Shown here: positions 11,054 through 18,332 of the stretch, piece by piece
How the letters are laid out: each line of letters begins with the position of its first letter
How positions within the stretch are numbered: position 1 is the first letter of the stretch
Source: Paramicrosporidium saccamoebae KSL3
Lineage: Eukaryota; Fungi; Cryptomycota
Length of the DNA stretch: 21,250 nt
NCBI GenBank assembly: GCA_002794465.1
Contig: MTSL01000076.1
Location: 1-21,250 of the forward strand
Direction of reading: 5' to 3'
Position numbers and translations under genes: made by a program
The notes under the pieces: model-generated
Databases searched by the model: none
What the model was told of the DNA's origin: nothing
Seen by the model: the letters and a program-made list of their open reading frames with translations, nothing else

Positions 11054-11208
11054 TTAAACTCCGAAATCAATTTCGGATGGGTCTAGACATATTTGGAGCA
11101 AATGCTGATTTGAATTGTTGCGTGATGGGAGTAATACCACGATATCGACCTAAATGAGCGGCAGGGAACTATTCATTGCCAGTTGGTATTGACTCGCCGA
11201 CTTGGCGT

Positions 11209-11414
11209 CCAAACATTAGATGGACAGTATTCAAAACATTAGATGGACAGTATTCAAAACATTAGGTGGACAGCATTCAAAACATTGGAGAATGTCGTGT
11301 CCAAACATTGGCAGGTCGAAATGTTCAAACATTGGAGAATTAACACGTCCAAACACGCCCAAACACGTCCAAACACGTCCAAACACGTCCAAACACGTCC
11401 AAACATGTCCAAAC
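11209..11414. repeat. Compound intergenic minisatellite: six 23-24 bp units followed by six 10-bp units, all starting AAACA
   Basis: Units at 11211, 11234, 11257 (aaacattagrtggacagyattca); 11280, 11303, 11327 (aaacattgg plus variable tail); then aaacacgtcc-type 10-mers at 11351-11410. Confidence 0.95.
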
Positions 11415-11555
11415 GTGAAAGAGACTATATTTTTCGTTCCTCCCCTCTGACTTTTCATACCATATTGACAACTACCCGGCACTCGGCATCCAGATAAACA
11501 TTTCATCACTTTACACAATGTCGCATATTCAAGATATGTATTATAACAATGCTGG

Positions 11556-13127
11556 CTAACGTCTCATCTTGACGACACCCTCTTCCGTCACCGGAAACGC
11601 CTCCATGACAAAGGTCGTTGGCGCGGGCCCCTCGGGCGTCATGACGGGAGACCGATCGTACTTTTCCTCCTCTCCAGGCTGATACTGATGATATTGGAGC
11701 TGTTTGAGGGGCGACTGACGACGACGGCCGGGACGTTTCCGACGAGGAACATGGTCAATCAGGGCATCGAGAGGCACAATATCCGCAAGAGAGGGGGAGG
11801 AGGCGGGGAGGGGATCCTGGGAGAGAAAGGCCTCTAGGGCGGCGGCAGTGGAGACGTCCTCGGGGAGGGGCTCATCAACAGGCTTGGGCCTCTTGCGGGT
11901 GACATTGCGGCCTTTGGGCTTCTTGATGGGCTTTACATGGGGATCCTTGTCCTTGGTGGCCTGAAGCATCTCGAGCTGCTGTTGTTTGGCGGCGGCCTGT
12001 TGGGCAATGTAATCTTCGTCAAGTGTCCAAAAACCGCCCTTTCCAGGCTCATCGTGCGGCCGCGGTACCTTTTTGAAGCATTTGTTAAGAGACAAATTGT
12101 GCCGGATGCTGTTCTGCCATGCCGCCTCGGCCGTACGGTAATAAGGAAAACGGTCCTTGATCCAATCGTAAATGCCACTGAGAGTCAATTTGGCGCCATC
12201 ACATTCGCGCAAAGCTTGACTGATCAGAGCAGCATAGCTGTAGGAGGGCTTTTGGTAAATCTTTCCATCATCACCCACCACGGAAGGCACACCATTGATA
12301 TTAGTTGCCGCCCGTCCCACTACTGTGGGTTTGGCATTGGAGGAAAAGGAGAAACAGTTTTGCGCATAGTTGGGATGGCCTGTTTTGCGCTTGGTGCTCA
12401 ACTTGCCCAATAAGTTTGGCTTGATTGGTCGAGTCTCAATGTTACGAGGAAAGGATGCAGCCGAAAAGGCATTAAAGTGGGGATTGGCATAAGAGGCGGG
12501 CTGTTGGTAAAGAGCCTCAAAGAACTCGCTACTCATCACATCGGACGGCTTGACGTGCGGCACGGGTGGAGCACTGTTGTTTCCATTGTACGGAGTGCTG
12601 GCATATGAATCGTCAGCTGCAACGGCGGCAGCACCGAAAAAGTCGAAAAATTGGCCATGCGGATGGGGCGGATGTGTCCAACTGTCGCCATATTGTCCGT
12701 GTTCCCCATATGGTCGCGAATCATCCAGCGCCGGATACCAAATGGCGTCTGGCAGTTTTACTGGCATTGACAGGTCCAAACTGTCCAAGGTTGTCTCGCC
12801 GGTGCTACGTTGTCCCTCCAGTGCATAGTGCATCGTGGGTAGCTGCCAGTTTCCATCATAGTAGCCCGATTCTCCGTGCAATTGGTACCCGCCCTGGAAC
12901 GGCCAACTCAGATCAAACAATGCCTCGCCCTTTCCCTCGCCCGGCCCTGGGAGCTGATTCTGGTAGCCTTCGGCCATGCACAGCTGTGCCAGTGGATCCA
13001 GTCCCTCCACCAGCTCCTCCTCCTCGCCCTTTCTCTTTCCTCCCCCCCATTCCTCACCTGGACGCTTCGCATCCCCCGACACCCGCACCGTTGTCATCTC
13101 AATGCCCTCCGACCCCGCCTTCAACAT
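11556..13127 (-). CDS. Forkhead (winged-helix) transcription factor, up to 523 aa
   Basis: [14 protein letters not shown]...[17 protein letters not shown]...[34 protein letters not shown] at about 12255-12015; the rest is low-complexity with basic NLS-like patches. Start codon uncertain (13127 or 13097). Confidence 0.95.
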   Translation of the reverse strand: MLKAGSEGIEMTTVRVSGDAKRPGEEWGGGKRKGEEEELVEGLDPLAQLCMAEGYQNQLPGPGEGKGEALFDLSWPFQGGYQLHGESGYYDGNWQLPTMHYALEGQRSTGETTLDSLDLSMPVKLPDAIWYPALDDSRPYGEHGQYGDSWTHPPHPHGQFFDFFGAAAVAADDSYASTPYNGNNSAPPVPHVKPSDVMSSEFFEALYQQPASYANPHFNAFSAASFPRNIETRPIKPNLLGKLSTKRKTGHPNYAQNCFSFSSNAKPTVVGRAATNINGVPSVVGDDGKIYQKPSYSYAALISQALRECDGAKLTLSGIYDWIKDRFPYYRTAEAAWQNSIRHNLSLNKCFKKVPRPHDEPGKGGFWTLDEDYIAQQAAAKQQQLEMLQATKDKDPHVKPIKKPKGRNVTRKRPKPVDEPLPEDVSTAAALEAFLSQDPLPASSPSLADIVPLDALIDHVPRRKRPGRRRQSPLKQLQYHQYQPGEEEKYDRSPVMTPEGPAPTTFVMEAFPVTEEGVVKMRR

Positions 13128-13246
13128 GATCTGAGCACGCCCACCCCGCTCTGTTTACCCCCTTTTCCTCCCAGGAATATTTCCTTTTTGGGACACTTCT
13201 TTTTCCCAAATTGGTTATCATTCCTGATTGGCCGTGACGCGAGGAT

Positions 13247-13295
13247 GAGGTGTGAGGTGTGAGGTGCGAGGGGGGGAGGGGGAGGGGCAGAGGGG
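13247..13295 (+). promoter_or_regulatory. (GAGGTGT)x3 repeat plus G-tract cluster upstream of the forkhead gene; potential G-quadruplex
   Basis: 13270-13295 reads G7-A-G5-A-G4-CAGA-G4; gaggtgt repeats at 13247, 13254 and 13261. Regulatory function is not shown. Confidence 0.35.
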
Positions 13296-13473
13296 TTAAA
13301 GTAAGATGGTGGGCCAAGTTAGCAGGGTTCTCAGGGTGGACAAGTCAAATTAATGGGTCAAGCATAGCAAATTAATAGGACAAATAGACCAAGAAAAGAG
13401 AATGGGATTGGAAAATGGATTTGCCCAATTAAACGACTTTAAAGCAATCAATTTACAATGTACTATTCAGCTT

Positions 13474-13966
13474 CTATGGACAAGGCGGGAGGAACTTTGA
13501 GGGCGGTTTGCGATGACCGTAGCCTTCAAAGAGCTCGTATATGCTATACACTCGACACTCCAATCCGGGTCGTTTCACATTGCCATACAGAGAGGCTTCA
13601 ATAATGTCCAGCTCCGGCTCGGTGTATTTTCGGGCGCAGCTGTAGCCTGCCAGTTTGGTGGGGTCGTTGGATTCGTTGCCCTTGTACCGATTGACCCGGG
13701 TTTGTAGGATCTGGCAATTACTCACTTCAGTCTTTCCACCCTTTGAGAACGGCGTAATGTGATCATATTCATGACAGAGACAGCCCTCGCAGCCTCGAAG
13801 TCGGTACGACACGATATTACCTGTCGCGTCCAGACGCCATCTGTCACCGTCACGGCCAGGTGCTTCGGTCGACTGCAATTAATCCACTCAAAACGCCTAC
13901 CTTTTTCCAACACTGTTCCTTCATTAATCGCGTAAAGATGCGAAGGTCCCCCTCCGTTGCGGTCAT
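13474..13966 (-). CDS. Stand-alone HNH-family endonuclease-like protein, 2 exons, 154 aa
   Basis: Exons 13966-13901 and 13872-13474; intron 13873-13900 (gtaggc...ttaattgcag). MTATEGDLRIFTRLMKEQCWKKSTEAPGRDGDRWRLDATGNIV..CEGCLCHEYDHITPFSKGG....NCQILQTRVNRYK: DH..P.SKGG..N...N beta-beta-alpha-metal motif. Confidence 0.88.
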
Positions 13967-14085
13967 TTACTGAAAATTAATTACCGCACTTCCAGAGCAA
14001 TTCCAATGTAAGCGACTGAATTTGCATGAGGCTAATAGTAAGACTGTTTATTAGAATCTATAGGTGTACCATTTCAAAAATACAT

Positions 14086-15030
14086 TTATTCCTGTTGCAT
14101 CAATCTACGGGCACGTTCTCGGAGCTGCAAGGTAACGTCATCATCAGAGGAGTAGGAAGAAGAGACAGGTGATCTAGGAGATGCGGGTGATGCAGGTGAT
14201 CCGGGTGGGGTGGCGGGAGCGTGCATACGACGAGGTGGGGACAGGGAGATTTGCCGACGTGAAGATTGAGAGCCTTGCTTCTGTGGTGATTTATGACGGA
14301 TTGGACTACAGCTTGGAAGTCTAGTATTCTGTCGTCGGGGACTTTGTCGTTCTGGGACGTGTCTCTCTGGACTGTGTCTCCTTGAACTGTGCCTCTCTGG
14401 ACTATGTCTCCTTGAACTGTGTCTTTCTGGACTGTGTCTCCTTGAATTGTATCTCTGTGGACTGCGCCTTACCGGACTATACCTTGATGGACTACACCTT
14501 GATGGACTATGCCTTGATGGACTATGCCTTGATGGGCTGCGAAAAGTTTGACGACGGGATGTATTGTCATTCCTCTTGCCATATCTTTTATTATTCCCAC
14601 CATTGTTTCCTTTGAGAGCTTCTCGTTCCGTTTCTTCTTGCAAGACTTTTTTGTATTCTTCTTCTAGTTCTATGGGTATTCCCCCGTTCTGCTTTGCCTT
14701 GCCAACCCATCCCCACAACTCAAAGACGAATTTTTCGGCATGGTCAGCTCCCATGAAGGGAGTTAGGAGAACTCGAAGGTCACCAGCCTCGACCGTTTCA
14801 CGCTCAGCCAGCGTATTGATGACGAGTTCAAGTAGCACTTCATCAGAAATTCCCACCAACTCGGAGAGTCTGCGGTCCATCCAACCCCGCAGACTAGGAA
14901 GAACAACACCAACGAGAGAGAGACGAGTTAGGGTGGAAAGGGATTTGGAAAGTTTGGCCTGTTGTCGTTCGTAGCGAACATCACCACTCTTGACGCCAGG
15001 TAGAAAGGTGCCACCACTACCTCCTCCCAT
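14086..15030 (-). CDS. SRRM1: PWI-domain RS-repeat splicing factor, SRRM1/SRm160-like, 314 aa
   Basis: N-terminus aligns with SRRM1 (F..G...D.R...Q.KL; W...R..E..G..D.V..E...N.L; L..F.....A..F..ELW; ..GIP), followed by SP.R repeats. Confidence 0.85.
   Translation of the reverse strand: MGGGSGGTFLPGVKSGDVRYERQQAKLSKSLSTLTRLSLVGVVLPSLRGWMDRRLSELVGISDEVLLELVINTLAERETVEAGDLRVLLTPFMGADHAEKFVFELWGWVGKAKQNGGIPIELEEEYKKVLQEETEREALKGNNGGNNKRYGKRNDNTSRRQTFRSPSRHSPSRHSPSRCSPSRYSPVRRSPQRYNSRRHSPERHSSRRHSPERHSSRRHSPERHVPERQSPRRQNTRLPSCSPIRHKSPQKQGSQSSRRQISLSPPRRMHAPATPPGSPASPASPRSPVSSSYSSDDDVTLQLRERARRLMQQE
14340..14538 (-). repeat. Coding 15-bp tandem repeat (SPSRH / SPERH / SSRRH pentapeptides) with a 30-bp higher-order dimer
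   Basis: ccttgatggactayr units around 14480-14538; alternating SPERH-SSRRH units around 14360-14450. Confidence 0.9.
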
Positions 15031-16723
15031 GTCACCGACTGACCGCGGTTACACAGATATGGACGACATGGAAGGCATAGAAGGAATGGACGACTCGCTG
15101 TACGACTTGGAGTCGGTGGATTATTCCAGTCTGTCAGTGGCACTGGCTGAGCAGTTGCAGGGCGTGGATGGCCATTTCAACATGTTGCCGTATCTTGAGC
15201 CGTCCGCCGACTTGTCCCAATTGCTAATACTGAATCGAAGATACCAACAGACGCTGCGAGAACAGTTGGTGGCGGTGGAAGAGGCCCAGAAGACGACGAG
15301 GGAACTGCAACGATGGCTAAAGATGCTGGAAACGCAACTGCGGAACCGCAAAAAACCTACAGACGGCGTTTTTGCTCTACCCCGTGCCATTGTCGACCGT
15401 CGAGGCAATACTCCACCCGAAGATGCAGAAACACGGCATTACCGTCAAGTGTTGATGGAATACAATAGGGCGCTGCGTTTTACACTGCGATGGTCGGAAC
15501 GCGAACGGTTCTGTTTGGCACGGGGAGTGCGTCAACAGAACCGTCTACTCTTGGTGGACCAAATTCTGGATGGAGAACACATTTTGGGTTATATGGGTTA
15601 TGGGAGGGTGCAGGTTTATGAGCAGGCAGTGGAGACGGTGCGTCGGATGAGCGAGAGAGAGTTGGAAATGAATTTGGAAGGATTAGATTGGACGCAGATG
15701 TCCATCTCGCATGTTCCCTCACGATCAGCCGATGACTGTCGGATCCAATGGACTACAAATGATCATCCTGTAATCAGTCATGCGCCCTTTCTTCCCGAAG
15801 AAAAAGAGCGTCTCGCTGCATTGGTGAAAAAGTATGGGCCACGGGGAGAATGGGTGACAATTGCAAAAAGTCTGCAGAGTAATCGGACGGCGTGGCAATG
15901 TCTGGCGCAATGGCAATTGCGGAACAACCGGGCCCGCGGAGGAGGCAAATGGACAGCCGATGAGGATCGTATTCTTATTGAAGGAGTACGCATGGGCGGT
16001 CTGGACAGTTGGGCGGAGATTAGCGAATTGTTGGATGGACGGTCGGTCAGCCAATGCACCCATCGATGGAGCAAAACTCTTGATCCGTCTAAACGGATTG
16101 GTCGTTGGACGGAAACGGAAGATGCGTGGCTATTGGCGGCAGTAAGACGGTTGGGCTGTATGAACTGGGCCCTCATAAGGGACTTTGTTCCCCGGCGCAC
16201 CGATGTCCAATGTCGGGAGCGCTATATGAATGTATTGCATCCCAATCTGATCCACAACATCTTTTCCCCCGAAGAGGAGGAAACCTTGCGCAGGGCTGTG
16301 GAAAAGTACGGAGAGGGGAGATGGTCACTGGTGGCAGCAATGCTGCGCACTCGCACTGATAACCAATGTCGACGACGATGGATGTCCATGCGGACGGGAA
16401 AGCCCGAGAAGCCGCGCAAAAGACTCGGTCGACCGAAAAAGCCTACCAAGCCACCTCGAGGACGTCCCCGAAAGAGGCATGTCGAGAATAAAGAGCCTGA
16501 TGAAGCAGATGGATCAGGTAGAGTGGATGAGGCGGGTGAATTAGGTAAAGTGGGTGAATCTAGTAACTCGGGGAAATCTATCAACTCGAGAAAGTCTGCC
16601 AACTCGGAGAGACCTAACAACTTGGGGAAGTCTACCAGCTCGGAAAACTCTGGAGAATCTGATAATCCTGAAAAATCTACACATTCCACAAGACTCAAGA
16701 GATCCAAGAAATCTAATAAATGA
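15029..16723 (+). CDS. SNAPC4: snRNA-activating protein complex subunit 4 (SNAP190)-like Myb protein
   Basis: N-terminal LILNRRYQQTL.EQL coiled-coil like SNAPC4 LQLN..YQ..I.EKL; PPE.AET; RW...ER..L..GV; half Myb repeat (LDW..MS...V.SRS..DCR..W...DHP.I) plus four full Myb repeats. First in-frame ATG is 15029; 15059 has better context. The ORF-track start at 14990 is TTG. Confidence 0.85.
   Translation: MSPTDRGYTDMDDMEGIEGMDDSLYDLESVDYSSLSVALAEQLQGVDGHFNMLPYLEPSADLSQLLILNRRYQQTLREQLVAVEEAQKTTRELQRWLKMLETQLRNRKKPTDGVFALPRAIVDRRGNTPPEDAETRHYRQVLMEYNRALRFTLRWSERERFCLARGVRQQNRLLLVDQILDGEHILGYMGYGRVQVYEQAVETVRRMSERELEMNLEGLDWTQMSISHVPSRSADDCRIQWTTNDHPVISHAPFLPEEKERLAALVKKYGPRGEWVTIAKSLQSNRTAWQCLAQWQLRNNRARGGGKWTADEDRILIEGVRMGGLDSWAEISELLDGRSVSQCTHRWSKTLDPSKRIGRWTETEDAWLLAAVRRLGCMNWALIRDFVPRRTDVQCRERYMNVLHPNLIHNIFSPEEEETLRRAVEKYGEGRWSLVAAMLRTRTDNQCRRRWMSMRTGKPEKPRKRLGRPKKPTKPPRGRPRKRHVENKEPDEADGSGRVDEAGELGKVGESSNSGKSINSRKSANSERPNNLGKSTSSENSGESDNPEKSTHSTRLKRSKKSNK
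16565..16654 (+). repeat. Coding 18-bp degenerate tandem repeat x5 (NSGKSI-like) in the SNAPC4 tail
   Basis: Units at 16565 aactcggggaaatctatc, 16583, 16601, 16619 and 16637. Confidence 0.8.
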
Positions 16724-16897
16724 GCATTTGTATAAATGATGGACATGGGATAAGGATTCTCATGATTGCACCAAGGATGTTACAATGGAAAACTGTATCA
16801 AAGTTGGAAAAATCTTTATAAACAATTGTACCTACCCTATACCCTATGACTTGTGACTACAAATCCTAGTCATGCCATGTAGTCACTCACTGTGTGG

Positions 16898-17359
16898 TTA
16901 CTCAATTAGAGAACCAACCATCTTGAACAGATAGTAGAAAAATGAAAGCAGAAAAAAACCCAACTTGGCAAATGACTCTTTCTTCTTGGCGGGCATCACT
17001 CTAAAAACATCGGTTGGCTCGATCCGTGTTCGTCCGTCCCGCAGCTGCACCGCCATGTACGCTACAAGAGGTACGTTCCATAAAACCCCCGTGATCTGCA
17101 GGCCGAGTAGTAGCAGACCTGACAGAAAAAAGTGAAGGAATACTTCGGGAATGAAAAACTATCATTAGACTCGTCAGTCTGGTTTACCTGGTTGAGCCGA
17201 CGACATAGGTCGATCGGGTTGACATAGTCCATCTCCAGGTCTGAGAACATTATTATCTACAGGTCATCCAAATGACATTGGGGGTACATAGTAAACATTG
17301 ATGAAGAGGAGGACGGCCGACAAGAGGGCCGCCGTCAAGAAGAGCAAAGTCACCAGCAT
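16898..17359 (-). CDS. ERV14: Cornichon / Erv14 ER cargo receptor, 3 exons, 133 aa (not in the ORF track as one gene)
   Basis: Exons 17359-17288, 17256-17188, 17158-16898; introns 17257-17287 and 17159-17187. MLVTLLFLTAALLSAVLLFINVYYIIMFSDLEMDYVNPIDLCRRLNQFFIPEVFLH...WNVPLVAY...PTDVFR....KKESFAKLGFFLLSFFYYLFKMVGSLIE; has the DLE.DY.NPI.LC, NVPL.AY and KESF.KLGF signatures. Confidence 0.96.
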
Positions 17360-17367
17360 GACCCCGG

Positions 17368-18276
17368 ATGACCCCGTTGGTGGAATATGCGCTGCTTGAC
17401 CCCGACAGTCGTCAGGAATGGGTGGTGCCGGTGTTGCGTGAATATCTGCCGCAAATTGGCAGCCTTCCAGAGGCTGAGGTGGTTTGGGGACTGTGGCTTG
17501 AGGGTCTGTGGACGGGAATGGACGATGTTTTGACAGCGGTAGCCCTGCAGGCGCTACTTCAGGATCGAACCGCTTCCCTCTCGTTGGATCCAAAACGATT
17601 AATGCAGGCCAATTTGATCCAAAAAGGCATTGTATTCTGGAGGATATATTTGCATCTTCTTCAGCGGGTCATTGCGTCCATTGACAAGTTTGATGTGATT
17701 ACTTTTTTATTCCCATATGCCGAGGATTTGGATTGTCGTCGGATTATCATTTCCTTTATACATCAGCTGTTTTTGGAGAATGCGTCTCTTATCAAGAGGT
17801 TTCACAGTTCACCCTATCCAGTGGAGATGGTTCCCTGGATGGTAGAGTATGCACCCTCTACCCGTAAGAACATTAGGGTTGTCTAAGTTTTAGATGTTCT
17901 CATTGAATCAGTTCCGGCCCAGATTACCGCCGCACAAGCTCTCGATCTGTTCCGCGCCCACTTGGGAGTCAATCTGGCCCTCAAATATCCTTTGCCTGCA
18001 ACCCAGGATCTTTGCCAACGAATCATTAACCATTGCCAAAAGTACGGCGCCTCGACTGTCTCGGATGCAAAAGAGTCGCTCAAGATTATGGTGCTGGCCC
18101 TCAAGGCCTTTCCAAATCTCATGCCCATGGTGGCTCCCGTACTGGCGACCTGGACGGGGATGTTTGGCGCGGAGCCCGAATTTGTCGCAGCCACCTTGAC
18201 AGCGGCGCAGCAGATTGCTCAGATCACAGCCCTTGTACAGCTGCCCATCTACCGCAAGAGACAGAGTGTCTTGTAG
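17368..18276 (+). CDS. INTS2: Integrator subunit 2-like protein, C-terminal region only, 2 exons, 292 aa
   Basis: Exons 17368-17863 and 17894-18276; intron 17864-17893 (gtaaga...ctaagttttag). LSLDP..L; RRIIISFIHQLFLEN.SL.K.FH..PYP.E..P..V...PSTHVLIES.P; LALKYPLP; AFP.L. These parallel the recalled INTS2 C-terminus (ICS.LHQM.I..P...KLVHFQGYP.ELL...V.GIPSMH; Y.LPKS; AFPPL). Confidence 0.72.
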
Positions 18277-18332
18277 GAGGGAAGGATGGTGAGATCTAAC
18301 ATGTAAAGTAAAAAATAATGGATTGGTGTTAA

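Noticed and set aside
11209-11350. CRISPR-like look (constant AAACATTGG head with variable tails)
   Set aside because: The constant part is only ~9 bp, the variable parts are 14-15 bp and related to each other, there are no cas genes, and the context is intron-containing eukaryotic DNA. It is a minisatellite.
11220-11518. ORFs 11220-11450, 11243-11497 and 11231-11518
   Set aside because: Open frames produced by the tandem repeat; no domain signal.
13474-13966. HNH gene as a homing endonuclease or mobile element
   Set aside because: It has its own spliceosomal intron, is not inside a self-splicing intron or intein, and shows no terminal repeats or target-site duplication.
16222-16746. 174-aa antisense ORF with apparent Leu-rich repeats
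   Set aside because: Antisense shadow of the SNAPC4 18-bp repeat tail.
16724-16897. Possible snRNA or tRNA in this or other intergenic gaps
   Set aside because: No U1 5' end, U2 branch-pairing sequence, U5 loop, U6 ACAGAGA context or tRNA T-loop was found by eye. An Infernal/tRNAscan run would be needed to exclude divergent copies.
17360-17593. N-terminal extension of cornichon (ORF 17264-17593)
   Set aside because: Antisense to the INTS2-like CDS; Met 17359 already gives an Erv14-length N-terminus.
4318-18330. CCAAT/ATTGG boxes in several intergenic gaps
   Set aside because: The 5-mer is also frequent in CDS and in a convergent 3' gap; enrichment cannot be established by eye.
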